Positions 29,991-39,400 of a stretch of DNA of 64,000 nt are shown in pieces (the first letter of the stretch is position 1; every line of letters starts with the position of its first letter). Position numbers and translations under genes: made by a program. This DNA is from Abditibacterium sp. (GTDB taxonomy: Bacteria; Armatimonadota; Abditibacteriia; Abditibacteriales; Abditibacteriaceae). The notes under the pieces are model-generated. The model had not been told where the DNA came from. It made no database searches and saw only the letters and a program-made list of their open reading frames with translations. Location of the stretch: NCBI GenBank assembly GCA_965246885.1, contig OZ251992.1, forward strand, positions 1,280,001 to 1,344,000, read 5' to 3'.

Positions 29991-30096
29991 ACCTCCGATG
30001 CTCGTTTGAGAATGGGAAAAGTCGTGCGAAAAAGCGGCTCGCCCGTCCGCAAAGCGCGCGCGGAACGAAAACTGCGAACGCGCCACACTACTATCA

Positions 30097-31359
30097 ATGC
30101 CAGATTTAGCCCTACGCACATCGCTGGACAAAGAGTTTCGCCCGACGCGCGGCGAATTTCTGCAAACCCTCCTCATCGAACTCTCGCCCGGTCGCGGACT
30201 GCGGACATTGCCGCTCAACTTGGGCATCCTGCTCGACAACTCCGGCTCGATGGAAGGCGAAAAGTTGGAGCGCGCCAAACGCGCTTGCACGCTCATTCTC
30301 GACCAACTGTCGCCCGAAGACCGCGCGACAGTCGCCGTCTTTTCGAGTGGCGCGCGCGTTGTGGTTCCGTCCGCGCCTTTCGCCGAAGGCGCGGGGTTTC
30401 GCGCGCGGCAAAGCGTGATGGACGTGCGCGTCGAAGGCGCGACCGAACTGCTCGCGGGGCTGAACACCATTTATAAGGAAATCGAGCCGCACAAAACGCC
30501 CGCCAACACGACGTTTGTCATCGTGCTTTCGGACGGTCAGCCGACGGACTCGCAAGGCTTCGTTGACCGCGACCTGCCGAAGTTCTTGGAGCGCGCCAAG
30601 TCCGAGTTCGAGCGCGGCGGCGTGTCGTTATCCACGATTGGACTTGGGAAGGCCGAGGATTACGACGCGACTTTCTTGCGCGATTTGGCCGACAAAGGAA
30701 GCGGGAAGTTCCTCATGGCGCAGACGCCCGAAGAATTGGCGGGCGTCTTTCAGGATGAGTTCGGGCGCATCTCCTCGACCGTGCTGAGCGACGTGACCAT
30801 TGAAGTCTCCCGCTTGAACGGGCGCGCGCGGCGTTTGTGGCGCGTGGTGCCCGACAAGAAAATCTTCGACCCGCCGCAAGTCGTCAGCAACTCTTTCCGC
30901 GTTCCCGTCGGCAGCGTGCAGAACGACCAGCCGCAAGCGTATTTGCTCGACGTTGTAACGAGCGCGCCCGATGGCGCGAAGTCGCGCGACTTGCTGTGCC
31001 AAATCGCGGCGTGGAGCAGCGCCAATCCCGCACAAAAGGCCGAAGTCAACGTCTTAACAGGCTACTCGGACAACGAAGTCGAACTCGCGCAGCGCAACGG
31101 CGAAGTCGTGAGGCTGCTCGAAGAAGCCAACGATTTCAAACTGCAAGTGGACTTGGAAGCCGCCGTCAAAGCGGGCGACAAGCGCAAAATGACGCAAGTC
31201 TTGGAGCGCAAAAAGAAAATGACGCAGCGTTTGGGGAAAAGCGCGGCGACCAAAGTCTTGGAGGAAATGGAAGAAACGCTCGGCAAAGGCGGCGACATTT
31301 CCGCCGAAACCCTCGCCGTGTCGTCGGCGGAAACAAAGAAGACTAAACGCCTTGCGTAA
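30097..31359 (+). CDS. von Willebrand factor A domain protein
   Basis: MIDAS motif DNSGSM, GAT, LSDG, TIGLG. Confidence 0.9.
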   Translation: MPDLALRTSLDKEFRPTRGEFLQTLLIELSPGRGLRTLPLNLGILLDNSGSMEGEKLERAKRACTLILDQLSPEDRATVAVFSSGARVVVPSAPFAEGAGFRARQSVMDVRVEGATELLAGLNTIYKEIEPHKTPANTTFVIVLSDGQPTDSQGFVDRDLPKFLERAKSEFERGGVSLSTIGLGKAEDYDATFLRDLADKGSGKFLMAQTPEELAGVFQDEFGRISSTVLSDVTIEVSRLNGRARRLWRVVPDKKIFDPPQVVSNSFRVPVGSVQNDQPQAYLLDVVTSAPDGAKSRDLLCQIAAWSSANPAQKAEVNVLTGYSDNEVELAQRNGEVVRLLEEANDFKLQVDLEAAVKAGDKRKMTQVLERKKKMTQRLGKSAATKVLEEMEETLGKGGDISAETLAVSSAETKKTKRLA

Positions 31360-31367
31360 ACAATTAA

Positions 31368-31452
31368 AGCCACAGATGGACACAGAAGACACGGATGTTT
31401 TGGAGGATTTATCCTTTGCTTGTATCCGTGTTTCCCGTGTCCATCTGTGGCT
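31368..31452. repeat. REP-like inverted repeat (GCCACAGATGGACAC family)
   Basis: AGCCACAGATGGACAC pairs with GTGTCCATCTGTGGCT. Confidence 0.8.
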
Positions 31453-31461
31453 AATTCAAAC

Positions 31462-32097
31462 ATGATCACCTGTCCAGCTTGCAACCATTCCAACGTGGAT
31501 GGCACCCAGTTCTGCGAAATGTGCGGCGAGGAATTGCCGCACAACAGCGCGACGGCGTCCGCTCCGACGGGCAACGAAGTCAAATGCCCGAACTGCGGCC
31601 ATCTCAATCCGCCCGAAAACCTCGCGTGCGAAGCGTGCGGCACGAACTTAAAACCCGCCGCCGCGCCGGTTTCCATTCCCGCGCCGCTTGTGCCGCCCGT
31701 TTTGGAAACAACTCCCTTCGATGCCGCGCCCGTCGCGGCGACGGACACGTCCATCGCGGGCGATTTGAAGCCGGGATTGGTGAAATTGGTCGTCGAGCAG
31801 GGCCAAAGCGTGGGCGCACAGTTCATCCTCAACGACAACGCAATCGAAGTCGGGCGCGAAGACGAGGACGAAGCGATTTACCCCGACATAGACCTGTCCG
31901 ACCAAGACGCGGGCTACGTTCATCGCCGCCACGCCACGCTCAAATTCGAGAACGGACACTTGCTTGTCACGCACTTGGGCGGCGCCAACAAGACGCGCGT
32001 CAACAACAAACCCGTCGCCGACAACACCCCGACGCCCGTCAAACTCGGCGATAAAGTCGCGTTTGGGAAAGTCGTGCTGCGCTTGATGCCGGTGTAA
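31462..32097 (+). CDS. Double zinc-ribbon and FHA domain protein
   Basis: CPAC..CEMC, CPNC..CEAC; VGR...VHRRHA..NKTRVN. Confidence 0.9.
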   Translation: MITCPACNHSNVDGTQFCEMCGEELPHNSATASAPTGNEVKCPNCGHLNPPENLACEACGTNLKPAAAPVSIPAPLVPPVLETTPFDAAPVAATDTSIAGDLKPGLVKLVVEQGQSVGAQFILNDNAIEVGREDEDEAIYPDIDLSDQDAGYVHRRHATLKFENGHLLVTHLGGANKTRVNNKPVADNTPTPVKLGDKVAFGKVVLRLMPV

Positions 32098-32102
32098 TTC
32101 GT

Positions 32103-32339
32103 ATGAATCACGACGAAGCCGAAGCGTTGTGGGGCGAGGAGCGCGTCGCGTGGTTCCGCCTCGCGCCGATGGAACGCATGGCGTTCTCCGCGAAGTTGTG
32201 GCGCTTCTACGCCAAAGCAGGAGGTTCACTTGATTCCCGACCCGATTTTCAAAGTTCTAACGACGATGGGCAAGAGCGGCGTGCGCGCGCTACTCATGGG
32301 CGGTCAAGCCTGCGTTTTCTACGGCGGGGCGGAATTTAG
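32103..32339 (+). CDS. Small hypothetical protein, partner of the downstream nucleotidyltransferase
   Basis: 78-aa ORF (WFRLAPMER...W) overlapping the next gene. Confidence 0.55.
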   Translation: MNHDEAEALWGEERVAWFRLAPMERMAFSAKLWRFYAKAGGSLDSRPDFQSSNDDGQERRARATHGRSSLRFLRRGGI

Positions 32340-32988
32340 CATTGATTCCGACTTCGCCCTCGCCGCCGACGAGGACAATCTGGGGCGCTTGCAAAGCGCG
32401 CTCGATGAACTGAACGCCAAACCCATCGCCGTCCCTCCGTTCCGGCGCGAGTTCTTGGAGCGCGGTCACGCCGTCCACTTCCGTTGTCAGCACCCCGACT
32501 GCGAAGGGTTGCGCGTGGATGTGATGGCGAAAATGCGCGGCGTGGACGACTTCGAGGCGTTATGGGAACGCCGCACGACGGCATTTGACCCCGACACGGA
32601 CATCGAATTCGAGCTAATGGCGCTCCCCGACTTGGTGCGCGCCAAGAAAACCCAGCGCGACAAGGATTGGCCCATGCTCCGCGCTCTCGTGGACGCCCAT
32701 TTTGTGCAGTTCGGCGACGAACCGACGCCCGCCCGCGTCCAATTTTGGCTGGAGGAAGCCCGAACTCCCGCCATTTTACGCATTGTTGCGGCGAAATTCC
32801 CGGAAATCACGGTCACGCGCGAAGCCGCAATTTTAGCCAAAGGCGAAGCCAATGACGCCGCCATCGAAGCGGCTTTAAAGGCGGAAGAGGAACGCGAACG
32901 CGCCGCCGACCGAATCTATTGGGCGCCGTTGCGAGCGGAGTTGGAAGAGTTGCGGCGGATGCGGGCGAATGGCCGGAACACGCCTTGA
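32230..32988 (+). CDS. Pol-beta-superfamily nucleotidyltransferase (TA-type)
   Basis: LMGGQAC..YG...SIDSD (GG plus DxD), RVDVM, LVRAKKTQRDKD. Confidence 0.75.
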   Translation: MIPDPIFKVLTTMGKSGVRALLMGGQACVFYGGAEFSIDSDFALAADEDNLGRLQSALDELNAKPIAVPPFRREFLERGHAVHFRCQHPDCEGLRVDVMAKMRGVDDFEALWERRTTAFDPDTDIEFELMALPDLVRAKKTQRDKDWPMLRALVDAHFVQFGDEPTPARVQFWLEEARTPAILRIVAAKFPEITVTREAAILAKGEANDAAIEAALKAEEERERAADRIYWAPLRAELEELRRMRANGRNTP

Positions 32989-33015
32989 TGACCCCTGAAT
33001 TTCCCGCGCGCCGGA

Positions 33016-33142
33016 AGCGCGTCCGGTAGGACGCTTGGGCGCGGGCGCCCGGATGCCGGGGATTTTATATCCCCGTTCATGAGTTGGGTCGGGGATATGA
33101 AATCCCCGGCATCCGGCTTCGCCAAGTGTCCTGCCGGACACG
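33016..33142. repeat. REP doublet (REPIN) of the CCGGATGCCGGGGATTTTATATCCCCG family
   Basis: Two inverted units; same family as the tnpA flanks and 60396-60524. Confidence 0.9.
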
Positions 33143-33164
33143 ACGCCAAGCCTTGCCGCGCCTT

Positions 33165-34604
33165 TCAAGGCACCGCCGTCAGCCACCCATGTTTCGCCTG
33201 CAACTTCGCGGCGACGGCGGGCGAAACCATGTGGATGAACGCCAGATAGCCGCGCGCGTAGGGGAGGGCGGGTTTGCCCATTTGCTCGGAAACCGCGCCC
33301 TCGCCGCGCGTTTCGATGGCGTGCAGGACGGCGCGGAAGCGGCGCAGGTCGCGGCGCGACAGGCGCGGCTCGCCGTCGCCGTTGACGACCAAACCCGTCA
33401 CGCTTTGCCGCGCGCCGCGCCGCAGGAGCGCGATTTTGTCGGGGTTGAGCGCGAACTGCTCGGCTTCCAACACGGTCAACACGCCGCGTTGCAAGGAGAT
33501 GGGCCGCGCGTCGGGCGCGGGCGACGAAAACACGAGGTCGTCGGCGTAGCGCGAATAGGTGAATCCGTAGTGCGCCGCCATGCCCTGAAGCCGCGCGTCC
33601 AAGCGGCGGCAGAGCAAATTCGTCAGCGCGGGCGAAGTCGGGGCGCCTTGCGGCACGAAGCGTTCGCCAAGAGCGACGTAGGATTTCTGGCCGTCGAAAG
33701 TGGCCGCAACGCGCGGCGATTCGGTGCAAATCAGCGCGAGCAGGGTGGCGATACCGCGATTGTAACCGAGCGAGCCGAACACCCCGGCAACGCGCGCGAA
33801 GGTGATGGACGGGAAGAAATCCTTCAAGTCCACGCGCAAGAGGGCGCTCGGCCCGCCCGATTCGGTGTGCGCGTGTCGGGCCGCGTTGTCGGCGATGTTG
33901 AGAGCGGGCAAGAACGCGGCGGCGGCAGCGTGAACCGGAACGGGGCGTAGCACGGCCTCCAGAATCTTGCTTTGCGCCGCTTTCAGATACGGGCGGGGCG
34001 CGGAAATGGCGCGACTGCCGCCGCTTCGTTTGGGAATGGAAAAGTGCGAGTAGTGATCGGTCGGCGCGGCTTCGCGGTGGTAGCACAACCACGCGAGTTG
34101 GCCGACGTTCATCTCCAGAAAGCCCGCCAAATCGCGCGGCTCGTTCCACACGGGCAGGCCAAAGCGCGCCAGTTTTTCGGCGTCGGACGGGATGGAAAAG
34201 TCGAGGCGGCGCGATACGCCGCGTCCCAAATGCGGTAACTGCTCGGAGCGCCACCGGGCGTCGTCGGCCAAGCGCAACTCGCGTTCGCGGGCGCGGCGTT
34301 CCTTTCGTTCGGCGCGCGCGGCTTTGACGCGCTCGATGCGGGCGCGGCGCACTTCGGCCAGCTTTGCTTCGATGTCTCCGGCGCTTGAAAGTTCGCGCTC
34401 CACGTCGCTCAGGCGGGCGCGCAAAGGGCGCGCATCCTCGGCAACGGCGCGCAGTTCGTCGTTGAGCGGCGCTAATTTGGCGCGTAGTTCCTCGGCAGTG
34501 GCGGGCGCGTCGCCGTTGGCGGGCGGCCAAAAACCAAGCCGTTCTATCTCGCGGCGCTCAAATTCGCGCTTCCCCAACTGCTTGATGTCGTCGCGCCAAC
34601 TCAT
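33165..34604 (-). CDS. Retron reverse transcriptase (Mx162-like, long N-terminal coiled-coil extension), 479 aa
   Basis: IPKRSGGSRAISAP, region X DNAARH, DLKDFFPSI, PQGAPTSP, YSRYADD, region Y QSVTGLVVN. ATG overlaps the SWIM stop (ATGA). Confidence 0.92.
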   Translation of the reverse strand: MSWRDDIKQLGKREFERREIERLGFWPPANGDAPATAEELRAKLAPLNDELRAVAEDARPLRARLSDVERELSSAGDIEAKLAEVRRARIERVKAARAERKERRARERELRLADDARWRSEQLPHLGRGVSRRLDFSIPSDAEKLARFGLPVWNEPRDLAGFLEMNVGQLAWLCYHREAAPTDHYSHFSIPKRSGGSRAISAPRPYLKAAQSKILEAVLRPVPVHAAAAAFLPALNIADNAARHAHTESGGPSALLRVDLKDFFPSITFARVAGVFGSLGYNRGIATLLALICTESPRVAATFDGQKSYVALGERFVPQGAPTSPALTNLLCRRLDARLQGMAAHYGFTYSRYADDLVFSSPAPDARPISLQRGVLTVLEAEQFALNPDKIALLRRGARQSVTGLVVNGDGEPRLSRRDLRRFRAVLHAIETRGEGAVSEQMGKPALPYARGYLAFIHMVSPAVAAKLQAKHGWLTAVP

Positions 34605-36313
34605 CTCGCGCTCTCCTTTTCGGCTTGCGCCAAGCCCGCGAGCAAATGCGCGCACGGGCCGCCGCGTCCCTTGTCGCGGCGAAACTCGCCGCAGGTGCAT
34701 TGCCAGAACCGCACGCGCCCGTCCAAGTCGCGCGCCCACAAAGGCCTGAAAACTCCGCCTTCAGTTGCAACGACCGCTTGGAAAAAGGCGACATCGGGCG
34801 CGTTGTATCTCTGAAAAAATTCGTCCTCATCAATCTCGTCTGTGGGAATCGCTATCAAGATGACCAGTTGTTTCTCGACCCAGCGCCGCGCCGATTTCGT
34901 TTTGGCATCCTCCTCAGATTCGGGCGCCGGGAACGCGAGCAGTTGCCGCCAGCGATAGGCGCCGATCTTGGCATCGAAGAGCGCGCGGCCTTCCCGACAC
35001 AACTTTTGCAGAGCCGCGCCCGCTTCCTCGCGTGGCCAACTCGCAAACGCTGCCAACGCCTCGACTGAAAGCACGCGCTTCCACTCCAACTCCTTCGCGG
35101 CGATTTGCAGGCTCGAATCAGAGATTTCCCGCCCCGCCGCAAGCGCATCAAAGCGGGCTGAGGCGCTCCAATCGTTCTGCGTCCAGCCGGACAGCCCCAA
35201 CTCGAAGCGGTGCCCCTCCAACTCCAAAGCCCAAAACGACGGCAAACCGTCGCCCAGTAGCCGCACTTCGACCGATTGCGCGTGCGGCAACAACTCCGAC
35301 AACACGGACAAGCGCCGCCGTCCCCAAATACGGACGGTGCGCGCCGCCCCTTCGTAGGAGATGTTCGGCTCGCGCACGGTTTCTCCCCAAGGTTCGATTT
35401 CAATCGTGGGCAACTCGCCCGGCGCGAGCGAAAACTTGAGCGAACGCGGCCCGCTCGTTTCGCGGCGCGCGGCCAGAAGTCGCAATATCTCGGCAACGGT
35501 CGTCGCGCTCAAGCGCAAAGTCGTCGTCGCCAACGCCGAGGCGCTCCCCACCTGCAAAAACCCGCGCACCCACGACGGCGGCAGGTCTATCTTCTTTTCG
35601 ACCCGCGTGCCCGCAGAGGTTTGCACGCTCACGCCGCCGCTTCCCACGCTCAGAAACGCACCCCGATAGTCGCGCACCCGCGCCAATTCGTCGGCCAGAC
35701 TCTGCGAAAAGTCCACGTTCGTCGTGCCGTACGCTACCTCGCCGAGCGCGTCGAGGTTCTCGGACGGCACGCGCACGCACGCATAGCTGGATTCGTCGAG
35801 CGAGAACACCTCGAACAGCACCGCGTCGGGATGCACCGACACGACCGGATCAAGCACGATCCACATCTGCCGGTCGTGCGTGTAGAGGAACTGCCAGAAT
35901 TTGTATTGCGCGTCGCGGTAGCTTTTCGCGTCACCGCGCGATAGTTTTTGCACCTCTTGCAGTAGCTCCTTCGCGCGCCCATCGAGCGTCGCCAAGCGCG
36001 TTTGGAGTTCTTCCGATTCGCTCTGCAACTGCGGCAAGCGCCCGCGCAGCGCCGCCAAGTAGGGCGCCAAGTCCTTGAGGTATTCGCCCTGCACCCACGC
36101 CTGATAGTCCGTGTGGTCGCGCCCGACGAAGCGCGCTTCTTGCGACACGACGCGGTGCAACGCGCCCATCACGCGGCCATAGGCGCGCGAGTGCAACACC
36201 AACGCTTCCAACCGCACGCCGGGCCGGGCGGCTTCTGTGGGCAAAGAGAAGTCAAGGCCGTCGCCGCGCGGCTGGGCCGACGAGGGAAAGGGGTAAGATT
36301 GGGTAATTTGCAT
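34601..36313 (-). CDS. SWIM zinc-finger protein (retron-associated type), 570 aa
   Basis: C-terminal CTCGEF...GPCAH; LDPVVSVHPD..FEVFSLDESSY, GTTNVDF, EKKIDLPPSWVRGFLQV, LSGWTQNDW. Confidence 0.85.
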   Translation of the reverse strand: MQITQSYPFPSSAQPRGDGLDFSLPTEAARPGVRLEALVLHSRAYGRVMGALHRVVSQEARFVGRDHTDYQAWVQGEYLKDLAPYLAALRGRLPQLQSESEELQTRLATLDGRAKELLQEVQKLSRGDAKSYRDAQYKFWQFLYTHDRQMWIVLDPVVSVHPDAVLFEVFSLDESSYACVRVPSENLDALGEVAYGTTNVDFSQSLADELARVRDYRGAFLSVGSGGVSVQTSAGTRVEKKIDLPPSWVRGFLQVGSASALATTTLRLSATTVAEILRLLAARRETSGPRSLKFSLAPGELPTIEIEPWGETVREPNISYEGAARTVRIWGRRRLSVLSELLPHAQSVEVRLLGDGLPSFWALELEGHRFELGLSGWTQNDWSASARFDALAAGREISDSSLQIAAKELEWKRVLSVEALAAFASWPREEAGAALQKLCREGRALFDAKIGAYRWRQLLAFPAPESEEDAKTKSARRWVEKQLVILIAIPTDEIDEDEFFQRYNAPDVAFFQAVVATEGGVFRPLWARDLDGRVRFWQCTCGEFRRDKGRGGPCAHLLAGLAQAEKESAR

Positions 36314-36340
36314 GATGGTCTTCCTGCCTTTGTGCTGGCG

Positions 36341-36410
36341 GGCGGGCAACCACATGGGTTGCCCCTACGGAGAGGGTGAGTGGTAGGGGCAACCGTATGG
36401 GTTGCCCGCC
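36341..36410. repeat. GTAG-type REP doublet (GTAGGGGCAACC...GGTTGCCC)
   Basis: Two inverted palindromic units, each with a GTAG end, inside the operon. Confidence 0.85.
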
Positions 36411-36424
36411 GTGCTGCGCTCTGG

Positions 36425-39400
36425 TTAAGGCGAAACCCGCAACCCCTCCACTTCCACGCCGCTCAACCGCAACCGCACGAGTTGCGCTAAGGCCCATTCG
36501 CGGTCGCGCCCCGCGCCGGTGCGCGCGGCGTCGAGCAGGGTGGCGACATCGGTCGTCTGCGCGTGACGGAGGCGGAGTTGCACGAGGTTTTTGGCGCGGC
36601 GCGAACTCCCGCGCGTGTTCAAGATGGAAGTGTCGAAGGCGGCTATGGGCGCCGTTGCGGGCGCGGTTTGGAGTTGCGCGGCCACAAAAGCGCGCACGCG
36701 GGGCGCGTCGTGTTGCGCGAGTTGTTCCAAGAGCGCGGGCGTCCAACGCGCGGGAAAACGCGCGAGCAAGTCGAGTCCGGCGTGTTGCGTTTCGCTTTTG
36801 GGCGAGTCGCACAGCGCCAACACGCGGGCGGGCCATTCGTCATTCTCGGCTTCAAAGAATGGGCGCGCGAGCGCGAGGCCTTCGGGCAAGCCGCTTTCCA
36901 TCAATCGCAGCCCCGCGCGCAGATTAAGCGGCGTTTGGCGCAAGCGGGCCAAAGCTGGGGCGCGGAACTCCTCATTCAAGGAAGTCGCGGCGGCGAATAG
37001 GAGCGGTTCGTCGCCCGCCATCGTGGGCAAGTGCGCGGCAAACCACGCTTCCAAGAGGGAGTCCAAACCGCCCTTGTTCGCTTCCATGAGCGGCAACACG
37101 GCATGCGCGGGCAATTCCGCGAACGCATTGTTTGCCCGCGCGCGTCCGATGCGCTCCAACCACGCGGCGCCTTGGGGGGCGTCGAGTTCGCTTAGAAACG
37201 CCCACAACGCGCCCGTGAGGGGCAAGGCCGTGAGGTTGTCGGCGAAGGTTTGGCTCGGCAGAGCCGCTAATTTGCGCCACGTCGCAACGGAAAGGTTGGG
37301 GGCCAGCGCCGCGAAAAAGTGTGCGCGGCCAAGCGGAGGGAGAAGTGCGGCGAAGTCGAAATCTTCGGCGCTCGCGGCGGCTTCGATGCGCGCGGCGAAC
37401 GCTTCGGCAAAGCGCGCTTCGCCGCCCAACTGCCAGAACTGCGCGCGCAACGCGGGCTGATTCCACAACCACTCCGCGACGGCGGGCGCCATCTTCATCG
37501 CCATCAAAGCGGGCGCGAGAGGTTCGAGCAACTCCTGCGCGGCGACGGTTCCCCACTCCGCGAGCGTCAATCCGTCGGGCCGCGCGCCAGTCAGCGCCGC
37601 GCAAAAGACGGCGCGGAGCGTCGGCAGGAGTTGCTTCGCCAGCGCGAATTGCGCGGCCCGCGCGCGCGCTTCGACAAGCGGCGTCGCCCACGCCACAACT
37701 TCCGGCTCGTCGGCTTCGGGCGCGTCGAGGGCGCGCAGAACCCATCCCTCGCTCGGCTCAATTTGCCTAAAGCGCGCGAACAAGAGGAGCAGTTCGCCGC
37801 GCACCGGAAGGAAGCGCGCCTCTTGCAACTGGCGCGCGAGCGGTTTCCAATCGGCGTTCGGGTTGGCCGACAAAGCCGCGCGCACGACGGCGAGCGCGAG
37901 TTGCGGCGCCGCGCTTGTGGCGAAGCGGAGCGCGTGTTCGGGTGTGGCGGCGGGAGTCTCGCCGCGCCGCGTCAGCCACTCCCACGCCCACGCCAGAATC
38001 GGGATGGGGAGGGCGTCGTCGCTCCACAACGCGCGCACCAAGTCGGGCCGCGCGGCGAAGACGGTGTCTTGGAGGCCCAAGCGAAAGGCGAGGGTGCGCG
38101 CGATATCGCCGCTTTGCGCGCGTTGCAGCGACCCCAAAACGAGCGGAGCGAGCAGGGCGCGGCGCTCCGGCGCGAGTTCGGTTTGTTCCGCTAAGAAGCG
38201 CAGCAACCGCTCGGCGCGGCGGGTGAGGTAAGCGACCGTCGCGCGCGTTGGCCCGCCGTTCGGCAGGCGTTTCGGGTCGCCGCGCCGCGCCGTCTCGGAG
38301 TCGAGGCGCCCAATCAGCACACCCAACAAGAGCGCCTCGCGCTCGGTGGCGAGGGGCGCGTCGGGCGGCAAGTCGCTCTCGGTTTTCTTCCAACGCGCGC
38401 GGGTTTGGAGTGGCCAAACCCGCGTTTCCAACGCTTTCCACGCGCGCTTGAAGTCGGGCCAAGTGGCGCCATCGAGCGGCGCACCGCGCAACTCGCGGCG
38501 CAACTTCTCGAAGTCGGCGCCCTCCGCGCCAAGCGCCATGTTCTGCGGCGGCAGGACGGCGTGCTTCGTCGGGTCAAATGGCAAACGCAGACTCAGGCGA
38601 AGCGATTTCGGGCGCGTCGAGGCGGGCTTAGGCAGCGACGAAAGTAGCAGCGTCGGCACCGTCTCGAAGTGATTGTCCGCGAAGAAGCGCGCCTTCGCGT
38701 CGTCGGACGCGAACGTCAGCACATACGCGCGGCCCACACCCGGATTCGCCGCCATATAAGGAAGCAACCGCGTCGGACTCCCCGTCTTGGTGCCCAAGTC
38801 GTTGATGAACACAACGGCGTCCTCTTGGGCAGTGAGCGGAGTATCTTGAGTGCGGAGCCGCGTTCCGAAGGGCGTGCGCGAGGTGGCGCGGACGGTGACT
38901 TGAGCGCGGTCAAACGAGTTGAACCAGTCATTCTGGATGGCGATGCCACTCCATTCGAGCGGGCGCCCCGCGCTTCGCAGCACGCGCGGTAGGTAGTCGC
39001 CCATCTCGCCCGTCAGTTGCGCGAAGCGGATTTTGGCTTCCCAGATGTTGGGCGCGGACGCGATACGTTCACGGAGCAGGGGCGCCAACTCGCGTTCGAG
39101 ACGCACGACTGCGGCGGCCAATCTGTCTTGAGTCGCGCCAGAGAAAATCAGCGCTTCACCTGTTTCGCTGACTTCCAACTTGTCCGGCGCAAACGCAAGC
39201 TCGACGCCGAGAGAAGTTCGCATTCCGCCCAGATTGCGGCTAAGCAGAAGCCCAGTAGAAACGGGGAAACCGACGTCATCCACCACTGCGAAGGATGAGC
39301 CGCCGCGTGTGACCTTCCATCTGTCGCCCTCGAATAGAACCTCGCCGCGTTGAGAGCCGCCCAAAGCCCCACCCCGAACGCGCGGCGGGACGCGGAAGAA

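Noticed and set aside
29547..30476. 309-aa ORF with AGDVLNG repeats, and the MGQALAH / WPTWVKR ORFs at 43.1 kb
   Set aside because: Open frames arise trivially from 21-bp repeats; there is no RBS or domain support, though translation cannot be excluded.
33165..34604. Group II intron, DGR or CRISPR-associated RT
   Set aside because: It has retron-specific NAxxH and VTG motifs; no maturase or endonuclease domain, TR/VR pair, avd or cas1 was seen.
36314..36424. msr-msd inside the operon
   Set aside because: Short and fully explained by a GTAG-type REP doublet.
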